In this document: positions 40,358-55,107 of the stretch, in pieces
Layout: every line of letters starts with the position of its first letter
Numbering within the stretch: position 1 is the stretch's first letter
Source of the DNA: Octopus vulgaris
Taxonomy: Eukaryota
Length of the DNA stretch: 64,000 nucleotides
NCBI GenBank assembly: GCA_951406725.2
Contig: OX597818.1
Span: 79,298,001-79,362,000 of the forward strand
Reading direction: 5' to 3'
Position numbers and translations under genes: made by a program
Notes under the pieces: generated by a model
What the model was told of the DNA's origin: nothing
Seen by the model: only the letters and a program-made list of their open reading frames with translations
Databases searched by the model: none

Positions 40358-41846
40358 AGTATCGCCAAATTTAATCGTGCAAAAAAAAAAATTAATCATA
40401 TTTAGAAATGCATGAAGCAATCATGGATATTTTCAAGTTTTGCAGGTTAACATGTTTTATATGTTTTAAAAGTGCTGCCAGCTTCATTTATTTATATTAA
40501 ATATGGATCCATTTACATGAGGTAAAAGACAAGGAAAATTGAAGAACAGGACTAATACTAAAACACAATGTGGCAGAATGTAGAAGGGAAAACCAAGATA
40601 AACTTCTATTGTATGCAATTAAAATGTCAGCCGGATCTATATGATTTTTGACTTACCTTGACTAAATACAATGCCATTTTATAATGACGCATTTTATGAA
40701 GTTACTACAGGGTTACCCCGTAGATAGGTTACTTTGGACATATACTTTTGTCACTATTGGTAATATCAGGAAATATATGCAATAATTATAATTCAACTTT
40801 TATCAAATTTCTTGTTGATTATAAAAAAATGATGAAAGAAAATGCTAATTTCCAAAAGAAAAATATTTATTGCATTGAAATAAAATCCAATATCCCAAAT
40901 TTCACAATTATATAAAGCCCTCCTTAACATCTATGCCATTTACTTCTTTTCCCTTCCTCTTCAGTTATAATTCTTTCTTTCTAACTGTGTGTAGCGTTCC
41001 TTTTACTCATTGCCTGCCTCAAAGCTTAGTATGTGCACCCATCCTGCACGTCATATGTTAACTCAACGTATCTTTCTTCTACTTCTCTCCCTCGCAATCT
41101 CTCTCTAGCTCTCTTTCTTTCTCTCTGAGAAATTGCAGCTAAGTAGATTCTAACTAATTTCAAAGTAATCAAGAGTACACATTTCTGTGAAGTATGTAAA
41201 CGAACATTTTAGCATCCCGATTGCCACAAACAACTTAACTTGTTGCAATTCTTTGTAAAACAAGCAATGTGGCATTTTATCGTCGTCACGCATCTTATCT
41301 TATATCATGCAGAGTTTAGATCATCACGCTAGTTTCTAATATATTCCTCGAATTAGCAACAACTCGTCTCTAAAACCCTAAACATTCATAGATATCGACG
41401 AGTTTATTTCTTGGATTACGAAAGATAAATGGTCACAATGCATTTTCTCCCTGTAAATTATCCAGTTATTCTGACTCGTATCGTGCAATAATTCACGTTA
41501 CAGTGAGGCTAATTTGTGATGATGAAAACTACGTTATGATCGTTTCAGACTGTTTCCTGATCACACGCAAAGGGGTTCGAAAAAATTAACTGGTTAGTTA
41601 TTTCCTATTCAGGGTGTTGGTCATTTGTGCAAACAGTCTAAATAGGTGAAAGCAGCAGTCATTTTCAGTTTCTCACCATTTAAAATGTGTAGTAGACATT
41701 AAGATTTTTTATAACAGGTAAACAGTGCAATCTTCAAAAACCGCTGGCGGTGATACTTGAGATTTTTTTTAATTTGATGAGAAACTTAGTTGCATACATA
41801 GATATGCGTGTGAATGTCTATGTATATACATACATATGTGTGTGTG

Positions 41847-41892
<46 letters not shown>

Positions 41893-42056
41893 GAAAGTTA
41901 GAGATTGTGAATCCAACCAACTAAGGAATAATATCTATCCAATATACTGCTGATAGAATACTCAATTATTAATACATAAGTGCTTTTTATCGCATTGCAA
42001 TTACATTACCGAGTGTACTAAATGGGTGAAGGTAAAGAGATAGTTTACCATTAATT

Positions 42057-42224
42057 TATATAGGATTAAGAAAATAGAGGAGATCAATAGGTGGTTCATC
42101 AACTTTTAGACATTATATAATGTCAACTTGTCATTTTAGTAAATAGATAAATAAGTTACATAATATAATGTCTAAAAGTTGATGAACCACTTATTGATCC
42201 CCTCCATTTTCTTATTGCTATATA
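42057..42224. repeat. Inverted repeat, ~70-bp arms
   Basis: AAGAAAATAGAGGAGATCAATAGGTGGTTCATCAACTTTTAGACATTATA pairs with TATAATGTCTAAAAGTTGATGAACCACTTATTGATCCCCTCCATTTTCTT. Confidence 0.85.
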
Positions 42225-42244
42225 TATATATATATATATATATG

Positions 42245-42512
42245 ATGTAATCACGTAACCGGCCCGATATTTCGATGTTGCTACACATCGCTGGTCACAC
42301 CACGCTTTGCATCGTTTTAGGTTTCGAATGATGCCACTCTGCTGGCTGGGCCAGCAGGCAAATATACCCCGAGACGACAGGGGGAAGCTACGTGAAATGA
42401 AGTGTGCTGCTTAAAAAACAAAAAAATACAACGTGACACCTGGTTTGGGAATCGACCCCACGTACTAACGATTGCTTTGCAGTAGCCAAACACTAGATCA
42501 CACGTTCTAAGG
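42245..42512 (-). mobile_element. SINE family C-related copy
   Basis: ACGTGAAATGAAGTG..GGAATCGACCCCACG; homologous to 1-248. Confidence 0.6.
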
Positions 42513-42513
42513 C

Positions 42514-42546
<33 letters not shown>

Positions 42547-43124
42547 ATGTATGTATGTATGTATGTATGTATGTATGTATGTATGTATGTATTTATGTAT
42601 GTAAGTATGTATATGTGCTCGTTTACGTTTATCATATTTCTTTCGGAATTACAGAGGACAATATGAACAATGATATGAAAGAGATACACAAATACACGCG
42701 CACATTGCTTTGCTTGAGGTCAATTTAATGAAGTCCCTAGTTACTTGCCCGTCATGCTTCTGTGCAAAAGTTGCAGTATTTTAATAAATATATGTCACAA
42801 TCACTTGCATTTGCCGGGATTTTTTTCTCATAATCTGATGATTAAATGTTTACAGTTTTGTTTTGTCAATTAATATTAAAAACTCCACACTTTTGAAGTT
42901 GCCTTGCATTGAGTTTACTACAGCGGCTGCGATTTTTATATGAAACATTGAATAACTTTGTAAAGAGTTTCTCTACTGTAAATAATAAGGATTACATTCT
43001 GCAGTACACGCTATTGGCCTTCAGGTTGTCGGCTGAAGTAATTACCGTATTAAATATTATAAATATGCTGCGTTGGTATAACTTCTGCGAGCCACATTTG
43101 CATGGAAACTTTACGACACTGGTT

Positions 43125-43241
<117 letters not shown>

Positions 43242-43312
43242 GTGTGTGGATGTATGTATGTACGTACGTATGTATGTCTGTACATGTATATGTATGTATG
43301 TATGTATGTATG

Positions 43313-43455
<143 letters not shown>

Positions 43456-43501
43456 GATGTATATATATGTATGTATTATTATGCATATATATTTATATGC
43501 T

Positions 43502-43609
43502 TATATGGGTACAGGACGTCACCAACAGTAAGCAACGTTATTTGCGTATTTAACTCATTTATTTTCGTATTTCCTGTTGTTTACTGTTGGTGACATCCTG
43601 TACCTGTAT

Positions 43610-43612
<3 letters not shown>
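43502..43612. mobile_element. ~110-bp MITE-like hairpin in (TA)n
   Basis: GGTACAGGACGTCACCAACAGTAAGCAAC / GTTGTTTACTGTTGGTGACATCCTGTACC inverted pair. Confidence 0.75.
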
Positions 43613-43652
<40 letters not shown>

Positions 43653-43711
43653 TAGATATCATTTATATTATTATTTAATTGAAAACAACGCATCTATTTC
43701 CAAGTAAGTAA

Positions 43712-43752
<41 letters not shown>

Positions 43753-44213
43753 GACTTATGCGCACGTATCTTAGGTTATCGTTTGGGGTTTGCGCGTTTG
43801 TGATGTGTCTGTGTTGATGCGTGCGTTTTGCATATGCTATTGTTAGAATTTGAAATTCAAATTCACTTACAAATATCAGAAAACAGAGAAATTTGCTCTC
43901 TTAAGTGTGATATAATATAACGTTCTGTTACAATAATAGGAACATGTTCTCGATCTCACTCCTCTAATGTAATCTTTATTGCTTGCAATCAATTTTTCTA
44001 AATATATTACTGAATCCAATGTATGTTAAATGGAAACCACTTGTGTGTTTCAAATAAAATTAACATCGTTCTTATAGATTCTTTGATGGTTAGTTTTTAT
44101 TCCTATTTTGATTACATTGTTCGTTGTTGAGGATGGTTAAGAACTCTCAATTGCATTGTTAAATTCGTATTTCAGCAGAAATGAAAATATCGTTACTTTA
44201 CCATATCAACTTG

Positions 44214-45109
44214 CCGTATTTACGGGCGTAAGACGCACCGTCGAATAAGACAGACCCCTTTTGTATAAGTAAAGCTTGTAGTAAAAAAATAGTATGTCTC
44301 ATGATACATTTACTGAAAGGTTTCTGCGGCGAAAACTTATAATACTGTGTAAGTGCTTACAATACTGTAAGACAATATACTGAAATACAGTTCATTTTTA
44401 TCATATATAAACTATGCTAGGAAGTATAGTATTTCAACTTTGTGTTCTTTGAGCTCATCTGTATAGCTGCATATATTTTCGGTAACAGAATTTCCATGTA
44501 CGGTGTAAATCCTGTGTTTCTGGCCATGATGGTTTATGTAAACGCGATCAGCTGGTAGGGTGGCGCACGGTCGCTATGGTTTTGTTCTCATCAACTCATT
44601 GCAAATAGTTAATAAAAATGACAGCAATGTTAACACACTTTCATGAAAGTTTGTTAACATTGCTTTCATTTTTTTAGGAGAATTTTTAATTTCGAAAATT
44701 AACAAGTGTTTCTTAAATGTAACAGCATCATTAAATACTGTAAGATACATATACGTTATGGGCTATGTATGCTGAGAAATGAGGTATAATGAAATGATGG
44801 CATTTCCCCGAATAACTGTAGGCAATGTTTCGGAGGTTTGTGCCAATATACTGTGATATTTTGACTTGTTTCTCTATTTTATTATTAGTAACAATTATCT
44901 GTATGGGATCAATAAAGTAAGTACCAGTTGCAATTTCTAGCGTTGTTCAAAAATTTGATATCATTATTAATAACAATTACTGTGCCTGTTGGACTTTCAC
45001 TCATGCGTCTCTTCAGCCCAAGACCATTCGTTATACCGTCGTATTAAACTCAGGGTAATTTTTTGATAGATTTTAAAATAAAGCACATTTTATACGCCGG
45101 CAAATAAGG
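44214..45109. mobile_element. Non-autonomous pogo/Tigger-like DNA transposon
   Basis: Left CCGTATTTACGGGCGTAAGACGCAC, right TTATACGCCGGCAAATAAGG|TA imperfect TIRs. Confidence 0.6.
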
Positions 45110-47023
45110 TAAATGGTGTCTGAGAAATCATAGAAAGTAACCAAATAATGAGAAATAAAAGAAAAGTAGCAACTACATCGTAGAATAGTCATTTTATCAA
45201 CACTCACAGATTTACTTTAAATATATATTTATTTCACGAGGCATCAAAATTTTTGTCACTGACATATTTCACAGAAGAACTATTTCACTGACCACTAGTG
45301 GTCGCAATGTGTGACGAAAAGTTTGATTCCATGTAAAATAAAACTTAAATTTCAAATGAATTTAGCATGTTTGTTTGCTATTAAATAGTTAGAATGACTC
45401 TTGTGTGATGTAATTAGTTCAGTTTCAACACCCTCACATCAAGAGATTACTTCAGGCTCAGCGCGTAGTTTTGGATCAAGTTACTAACTTGTCAAGTACA
45501 ACTCTGAAAAAGAAGAAAAGTTATTTAAAAGCTATGATGATCGGGAATGCTACAAAAGGTAATGTAGATATTCATTGTGTTGAGTGTCGGGACAAAGGTA
45601 CAATAAAAATAATTTTGTTTTAATATTAACTCATACACACATACATGCATATATACATACTCACATAATATATTGCACAATATAGAAAAAAACTTTCTTG
45701 TATCGATAGTCAGCTGAGCTTTGAGACAAAGTTGTTCACTACCCTCCTAATTTTTTTAGTATTTTGAGGTATCTGTCATGAATAACCTGTGTTGTTTACG
45801 GTCCCTATAAGGAATATCATCATGAGAAAGGATGAACGTCAGATACTCCCTGGTGCCCCATAACAGTTACTCCCTAATAATCCATAGATATTAGTTATGA
45901 TGACACAGGCCAAATCCATGACCGAAAACACGATCACAAAATTAATATCAACGATCTCTGGAAAATTAGAATTATCCACTAAATTAACTGAAGCATGTAA
46001 AACATAAGATATAAAAATAAATGATAGGAAATGCAAGAACAGGTAAATAATCACATTCCCGTAATTGGTTCTCCTGGAGAACAAGTGGCAGAGTTTCTAT
46101 TTCATATTTGTCAAATCTCAAATGAATCCATCAAAGTATAAGTTTCTTTATCATTCACAGAGTTAAGCTCAGTGCGAAACACGATACAGAACAGGTAAAA
46201 TGTGAGTCACATACACAAGGTTAGGTTATATAATGTCGGTATTTTTTAAAATTACAATCTATATCTTTAGAACTCTGAGTCGAGAAGTCTATTTGGAGGA
46301 TATAGGAACATAAACAAACCGACATCTGTTATCAAGCGGCGGGGACGATATGACAAACAAAAAACAAATATACCCGCACACTCAGACACATATATTTAGA
46401 CATGTGTGTGTAGATTTAAACGTGTGTGTGTGTGTGTGTTTTTGTGTCTGTATTTATGAAATGATTGACTATCGATTTGTATTTGATCAATGAATCAAAT
46501 CAACATGTGTCAGACTCCCTAAATTAATTATTTTCTTTGATGAAAATATTAAATTTAATAATACCGTGTAAACAGCCTTACTTCTCTTGACTTTCCAACC
46601 CTGTTATTATCACTACCAAAACCAACATCAACAATAACTAATAACAAAAATCAAAAGCAACAATGGCGACTAGTACCTAATAAAAGACCAAAATGGATAA
46701 AGGCTGGCTGAATGGCAAATTACAACTGTTATGTCTTTCCCAATGGTATTTGATGGCTGCAATAAATAAATAAATAAATAAATAATGTGATTTATTGAAT
46801 ACGTGTGATCGCACTGTGGTGATTTAAACTCAGACATTCAGTTTCAAGTGTTTTAATTTGCTTGGTTATCTCCTGCTTGTATGTTAATTTTTTTTCTGTT
46901 AATAAAGAAATATCTGTTAAACAGAGAAGGTTGGTGTGCAGTTAGAAAGCTTCCTTTCCAAGCATGCCATGCTGGGTTCATTCTTTCCGCGCGCCATCTT
47001 GAGTAACTGTCTTCTATTACATG

Positions 47024-47131
<108 letters not shown>

Positions 47132-47431
47132 AATGCCCAGCATAGCTGCAGGCTAATGACTGATACAATTAAAAGTTAAAATAGAGAGATAGAAAAATAG
47201 ATAGATAGATAGATAGATAGATAGATTCATTCATTCTTTTATGCGTTTCATTCATTTGACTGCCGCCATGCTAGAGCAACGCCTTAAAAAGTGTTAGTCG
47301 AAGAAATCGTCCCCAAGACTTATTCTTTGTAAGTTTAGTATTTATTCTGTCGGTCTCGTTTGCCGAACCGCTATCTTACTGGGACGTAAACACACCAGCA
47401 TGGGTTTTCAACTATATATATATATATATAT

Positions 47432-48060
47432 AGTGGTCGAGTGTAAGTCTGGAGAATCAGTGATCAAGAAATTGATGAACAAAGATTCCAGCCAACAATG
47501 AAACATGACAGCTATTCTGTGGTGGTCTGGAGAACAATTTGGAGCAATGGTGGATCATAGCTGTCCGAGCGCGAGGGAAAAATAAACTCAGATCAATATG
47601 TGCCCCTGTTGCAGAAAGGATTCCTTCCCATCTTCCCCAGTGATGAAATGATTAAGGAAGACACTTCGGTTATGGAAGCTGTGGCTTCTTATAACACGGT
47701 TAAAAAGATCCAGCATCGGTTGGAAAAGAATGGCATTAAAAAGCTTCCATAGCCAAGCCAGTCACCCGATATGAAACCTATTGAAAATCAGTGGAGCATA
47801 ATGTTAAGGCATTTCGTAAAGAACACAAGAAAACATCCCCAAAGCCAGATTTTTTTTAGATTACTGCATGAAACATAACAAGATATTCCTAAAGAGAATA
47901 TTCGTCATCTGATCAGTAGCATGACTAATAGCGTCCTTGCACTGAAATTCTAAATATCAGATATTCATCTTATAACAATTAATAAATAATTTGAATCCTT
48001 AATTCCTGAATTAAGTAAATTTTACCAATTATAAGGGTATCTACTTACCTCTGTCATGTC
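47432..48060 (+). pseudogene. Tc1-like (DD34E) transposase fragment
   Basis: GRV*VWR..QPTMKHDSYSVVVW..GKINSDQYV.LLQKG..NGIKKLP*PSQSPDMKPIENQW (cf. WPSQSPDLNPIENLW). Confidence 0.85.
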
Positions 48061-48062
48061 TG

Positions 48063-48156
<94 letters not shown>

Positions 48157-48164
48157 TTCTGATC

Positions 48165-48243
48165 TGTATCTGCTACCATTGGTTTCACGCTACATATTGG
48201 TACGATCGTACACGTGTGAATGAAACCAATGGTAGCAGTTACA
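48165..48243. repeat. 79-nt hairpin
   Basis: TGTATCTGCTACCATTGGTTTCA / TGAAACCAATGGTAGCAGTTACA. Confidence 0.8.
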
Positions 48244-48504
48244 CGTCATAGAATATGAATTCTATTACTTTCTCTCTCTCTCTCTCTCGCTATATATATA
48301 TATATATATGTCTGTCTGTATGTATATATACATATACATATACATACATATATATATGCATATATATATATATTTACATATATATTATATATATTTTATA
48401 TATATATATACATATATATATATATGTATATATGTATATACATATATATATATGTATATATATATATAAATATGTATATATCACATATACATATTTACAT
48501 ATAT

Positions 48505-48558
<54 letters not shown>

Positions 48559-48789
48559 CCTTGTCTTTGTAATGTGGAGTAGTTGAAACAGGGACAACTG
48601 AAGAAGGGGAATATTGTTTATGTTGTATGTCTCATTTGTCTGTTTTTGTTTTTATGTTTTCGTCTCTCATTGTGTTCAACGTTTTTTTATGTCCTGTACC
48701 CTTATATGTATGTATATATATATATATGCATACATATATATATATATACATGTGTATACATACATATATATATATATACATATATATAT

Positions 48790-48872
<83 letters not shown>

Positions 48873-48877
48873 TATAG

Positions 48878-48948
<71 letters not shown>

Positions 48949-49002
48949 TATATGTATGTGGTGGTTGTCTACTCCTTATACAGAGTTTGATCCCCTTTTT
49001 AC

Positions 49003-49560
49003 CTACATCTGAGCACCATCATGGTGTCTGATATGGCTTTTTAAACCAGAGAATGTTCTGAAAAGATATCCACATTGATTGCACCTCTGATTTGGACCAT
49101 CAAGACCTGCAAATAAGTCCTGCTCTTTGTGGATCTTAAAATGTATTTTCAGGCCTCCGTTGGATTTGCAAACCTTCTGGCATACACTGCATTAAAAGAT
49201 GGGCACAGACATATAGGCAGAATAGTTGGTGAAGGTTCATTTTCCATGCGTTCGCCCGTGAGATTTGAGGCCAGCAAAAGACAGGCATGGTCTGTCAAGG
49301 ACCGTGCAAACAAAAAGGCCATTGTCATTCACCCTCTCGATCGTTACATTCTTCCTTAGATCTCTTTTGAGTCTTGCGTTATCCTGGCCTCTTCCAATGC
49401 TTTCACTCCACTCCACACCTTTGTTCGCCATCCAACTCGATCTGACGCAAGGGTTTCTATATCTTCTGGAACTATTCCAAGTGACTTCATAGTAGTCCTT
49501 AAATCTTTTTTTTTTTTTTTGAAGTTTACATCGATAGTTTTTCCCCTATGCAAGCTCCCC
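49003..49560 (-). mobile_element. RTE-clade LINE 3' end with three C2H2 zinc fingers (frameshifted)
   Basis: IETLASDRVGWRTKVWSGV (RTE motif), then CTVLDRPCLSFAGLKSHGRTH, CSVC.KVCKSNGGLKIHFKIH and [21 protein letters not shown]. Confidence 0.8.
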
Positions 49561-50542
49561 TATGCAAGCTGACATTATAGTTTTGGCACTTTTTAATACT
49601 TTACTGTTTAAACCGGCCATACCCATTCTATCTAATTCCTCTACGTAATCTTTTTAGAAAATAAACCAATCCCGTTAGATAATCTCGTAGCTTTGAGATA
49701 ATATCAGGGCTTTTCTCCCAGAAAGCACAGAACTGGGAGAAAAGCAAAATTAACGAAAGTGGATGTCAACAGAGAAAATATTGACTTTCATGTGGAAAAA
49801 TAAATGGAAGGGAAAATGCTGGTAGCTATTTCGGTGTGAAAGCAAAAAGCTGTCACGTGGTAGCAGGGCATGCTAGAAATAGCAGCCAAATCAAAATTCG
49901 TTGAAAGCATGCAAAATAACCTGGTAAAGAAAATATGACCCGCGAAACAAAACTTCCTTGGTGGGAAAATTCGAGGTCCTCACCACCCCTCCCACCTTTC
50001 TTTTCAAGACAAAAGTGGCATCCGCGAGTTTGGAGGTCAGATACTTTGAATGCATCCGAAAAAAAAACTGTGGAAACAAATTATTCCACACTGGAGTAGA
50101 CGTCACTGTCTTCATCATGAGCATCGTCACCAACATCACAACCATCATAACAAACACCACTACCACCACCAGCAACAACAATAATCAGTGCTTTTACATT
50201 CAATCATGCAAAACTAGACAACTTCTTATCACCATCTTCATACAATTCTATAAATTACTTTCAGAGTCAGAGATTCATTCATTAATAACTCTAAATCAAT
50301 ATAAGTGTGTATGAGGGGAGGCAGCCGCAGATAAGTACACATTCACAAACGATTATATATAGTTACAAACGCACACACACATATATATATATACACGTAT
50401 ATATGTATATAAGTATACATAAGTAAATAGCGGATACACAAACACATATATACATATATAGTCGTATGTATGTATGTATGTATGTATGTATGTATGTATG
50501 TATGTATGTATGTATGTATGTATGTATGTATGTATGTATGTA

Positions 50543-50590
<48 letters not shown>

Positions 50591-50676
50591 CATGTATATA
50601 TATGTGTGATGTGTGTGTGTGTGTACATTTACATATATATACATATATGTATGTATATATATATATACTTATATAC

Positions 50677-50785
<109 letters not shown>

Positions 50786-50832
50786 TGAGATTTAAGTATA
50801 TTTCGGAGAAGTTTATGTATATATATAGTGTA

Positions 50833-50875
<43 letters not shown>

Positions 50876-51812
50876 ATTTACATATATATGTATATTTAAT
50901 GGTATATAATCATGCAACACACAGTTACGCGTTTACACAAATTACTCAGACACGCGCAAACACTCAAACGCACATATAAGCTTAAGACAGTGGAGTGTTT
51001 ACCAGGTTACTTTATTACGATCTCACCACAAAAATCAACTAACTTGTTTCAAATTCATTTTTCTTGTTTCAGTACAAAATATTATTGGCAAAACACATTT
51101 CTTTATCGATTTATTTTTATTTCCGTACACAAAAGAATCCTAACTCATAAGACTTCAATAAATTTGGGGTAGGTAGATTAGTTCCGTGAAGCTGATGTTG
51201 ATATATGAGCGTGACAGCGTTCTTGCTTTTGTTGGAACATTTAACAAAACAAATGTTTTCTAACGATCGGCTTTTAGCCATCGCTGTAACATGACAAGAG
51301 ATAATGTCATTTAGTAAAGCACCAGTGAACCGGAGCTCAGAATCAAAATATACGGGATTTCTGATAACAGTTAATGATATTTTTTTGGTTCATCTGACAA
51401 ATTTTATCGTTTCTTTTATCTTTTACTTGTTTCAGTCATTGGTCTGTGGCCATGCTGGGGCTTCTTCTGGCGTTTTAGTCGAACCGATTCACCTCTAGTA
51501 ATTCTTTTTTTCTGTTTAAGGATGGTACTTATTTTATCGGTTTCTTTTCATGCACCGTTAATTTACGAGGACGAAAACAAACCAACGACAATTGACGAGG
51601 GATTGGTAGGTGGAAAAAACACAGACACTCACACACACATATATAAATATATATGCATACATATATACACTTATATACAAATATATAAATATATATACAA
51701 CTTATGTATATACATTAAGATACAAATAAATATATATATATGTGTATATATACATACATACATATATATATATGTATGTATATAAACACATATATATATT
51801 TATTTATATCTT

Positions 51813-51864
<52 letters not shown>

Positions 51865-51980
51865 TAAATAAATATATATATACATGTATAGATAAATATA
51901 TATAAATAAATGTATATATATATATATATCCTCACACACACATCTACACATATATGTATATGCATGCATACATACATATA

Positions 51981-52016
<36 letters not shown>

Positions 52017-52059
52017 TGTATGTATGTTTGTATGTATAAGAGAGGAAGTGGGTAGATGC

Positions 52060-54335
52060 TGAAAAGCAAAAGAAAAGATGAAGATAGGTGTATAAACAAA
52101 AAACAGGTGTATTAGTTTAACGCGCTAGAAGGCGAGAAAGCCTTTTATGTTTCAAGCGTACACGAGGAAATAAACAGAGAGTGAATAAAGAAAAGCTTTC
52201 AGAGCTAGCAGTCAATCATGGTGGCTGGCTGGACAGTGGTAGTTAGACAGGAGAGCAAGGAAGAAGGGGAGATAATAAAGTTTTGGTGATCCCAAAACGA
52301 TGGTGCGCGTGCGTGTGTATGTTAGAGTGTGAAAATGTGTGCGTGTGGTTAGGGGCTGGTGACATTGACGTGTGGATATGTGCGTGTGTGGGTGTGCGTC
52401 TGTAATGTGTGAGAGTGTGGATGATGGTGTGGGTGTTGGGAAGTGATCAGTGCTAGTGCGTGCGGGATGGTGTGTTGTGGTGTGCTGGTGTGTGGAGTGG
52501 TATGGCATGATGTGGTGTGTGGTGTGGTGGTGTTGAGGTGTAGAGATGCGAGGATGGGATGTGGGGATGTGAGGTTTGGGTGCGCGTTTGGGGTAAGGAT
52601 TGGGAGGTAGGAGTGGGGTATATGGGGTGGGATGTTTGGGGATGGTGGTGTTGAGATATGTAGGGGATGTGTGTGGATGGAGGGGGTAATGATGAAGGGA
52701 GAAGGTGGGTAGGAGTGAAGATAGGAAATGAGTGTCAGGGCAAGAGAAGAGAGGTGTTTAGGAGTGAAGAGAGGAAGTAGATGTGAGACGAAGAGGGGAG
52801 AGGGTTAGTTAGAGGAAGAGGAGAGTTGTGCCCATGTGGGGAAAAGGAGCGAAGAGAGAAGAGTAATTCCTGTTCACGACAGGAGTCCGGATGGCCCGTG
52901 TACAAAGATAATCTAAACACAGGTCTTGTACTGAATGACCAGTAGAACAGAAGTGGCCCGAGACCGGGGTGTCGTTGTCGAGTCTAATGCCTCAGTGTTC
53001 CGCGAATCGGTCAGCCAAGCGGTGTCCTGTTTGACCGATGTAGAGAGAATGACAGAAAGAGCAGGAGATGCAGTAAATGACATTGCTAGAAGTGCACATA
53101 AAGGAGTCCGATATAGGGTCGATGGTGAGTGCCTGTGAGGATGGTGTATTTGGAGAGGTAGGGGCAAGTGTGGTAGCGTGAGCAGTAGCAGGGGAACAAG
53201 CCAGGTTGGGAGATGGGGTTAGGTAAGACACTGTAGACCAGGAGGTCACGTAGTTGTGAGCTCGTTTGAAGGAGGAGAGGGGTAGGTTGGGGAAGATGTG
53301 CGAAGTGGAGGGGTCGGACTGGAGTCGCCGGAAAGCTCGGAGAATGGTGCGTTTGAGAGGCAGGGTGGAGGGGTGGTAGGTGAGAGGAAACGGGAGACGG
53401 GTAACGGCGGAGCAGGGTGGGGCGGGTGCGGGGAGAGAGAGCTGAGGCACGGTTAACGAAACGTGATCTGGCAAGGGCGGTGTGGATAGTGGTGAATGGA
53501 TATCCAAGAAAGATGAAGTGGCGAACTATGAGTTGAGACTCAGTCTCAAAGTCATGGTTGTCACTGCAGAGCATGCGCAGATAGAGAAATTAGAAGTAGT
53601 GATGGAGAGCTTGTTGCAGGGTGGGAGGAGGAGAAGTTGAGGAATGAGTGTGAGTCGGTGTGTTTGTAGTGGATGGAGGTAGTGAGAGTGGTGTTATGTA
53701 TGTTAACCTAAATGTCGAGAAAGGCGACGGAAGTGTTGGACATAGTGCAGGAGTATTCGAGAACAGAATGGAAGGATTGAGTAAAAGAGAAGAAATCTAG
53801 TTGTTCACGGGAAAGCGCGGTCGCACCGATACAGTCATCAATATAACGACCATATAGTTCACGAGTGAGACCAGTAAATCTTGAAAATATATGGGCCTTT
53901 TCGTAGCCAACGAAAAAGTTTGCATAGTTGGGGCCCATTTTTGTTCCCATGGCCACTACCGAGAAGTATTAATAAAACTCACCGCGAACGAGAAACAGTT
54001 GAGGGAGAGACAAATTTAGCCAGACGAAGAAGTGTGGAGGTGTCAGGTTGATGGTTGGGTCGAAGGTCTTGGTAGTGTTTGTGGCAATAAGTCCTTGGTA
54101 GTGTGGAATCACCGTATATAGACTCTTGATATCAACAGTGAAGAGATGTTTAGGGGGGCCAGATGGGAAGGAAAAAGAGTTGAAAAGACGAAGAGCATGG
54201 TTAGTGTCGTGGATGTATGAGGGAAGGGAAGCCACTAGGGGCATTTAGAGATGAGTTTCGTGGGGCAGTTACAGGCGGAGACGATGGGGCGGACAGGGTT
54301 GTTGGGTTTGCGGATTTTGCATACGTCTTTGACTT
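52060..54335 (-). mobile_element. Penelope-like retroelement, RT + GIY-YIG, multiple frameshifts
   Basis: PVRPIVSACNCPT; LFTVDIKSLYTVIPH; AMGTKMGPNYAN; YGRYIDDCIG; SSNVIYCISCSFCHSLYIGQTGHRLADRFAEH; low-complexity 3' UTR. Confidence 0.92.
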
Positions 54336-54599
54336 GGTAGCAAGTGGTAACATCTTCATGAGATGTTTTAAGGGCTTCAGTCTTTACACGATCTTGGAAT
54401 CGAACCCACGATCTTATGCTCTTGAGAACAATATGCTTACCGTTAGGTCGCGCGCCTTCACGTAAGGCATACAAACATACTTACATAGATACATATGTGT
54501 ATGTATATATATATATACACACATATATATATATACACAGCGGTGGTGCCCCAGCATGGCCGCGAGCTTCGGCCTAAAACATTTTTAAGGATTTAAGGA

Positions 54600-54667
<68 letters not shown>

Positions 54668-54752
54668 CATACATGTATACATACATACATACATTCATAC
54701 ATACATAGACAAATAGAGAGACATAAAATCAGGCAGACAGACAGACAGACAA

Positions 54753-54795
<43 letters not shown>

Positions 54796-54852
54796 TACAA
54801 ACAGACAGACAGACACACAGACACACAGACAGACACACAGACAGACACACAC

Positions 54853-54945
<93 letters not shown>

Positions 54946-55055
54946 TATAGATAGATAGATAGATAGATACACTTTCATTTCACCGAGAAATGAGTTAATT
55001 ATCGGTAAAAAGAGAAGGGTATATGTCATAGAATCGAATTTATGCAGAACCTTAC

Positions 55056-55107
55056 CAACTGCTGATAACAAAACAATGCATCTGCAGTTATTGTGCCATG
55101 CTGACAT
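55056..55107 (-). CDS. Candidate first coding exon of a small secreted/membrane protein
   Basis: ttcgcttaatacAG|GACA-ATG...GTTG|gtaag; MSAWHNNCRCIVLLSAV, phase-1 donor; no homology recognised. Confidence 0.3.

Noticed and set aside
54385-54461. tRNA head upstream of the Penelope RT as a second tRNA-PLE fusion
   Set aside because: Head resembles SINE family C; simple adjacency or insertion of a truncated PLE into a SINE is sufficient
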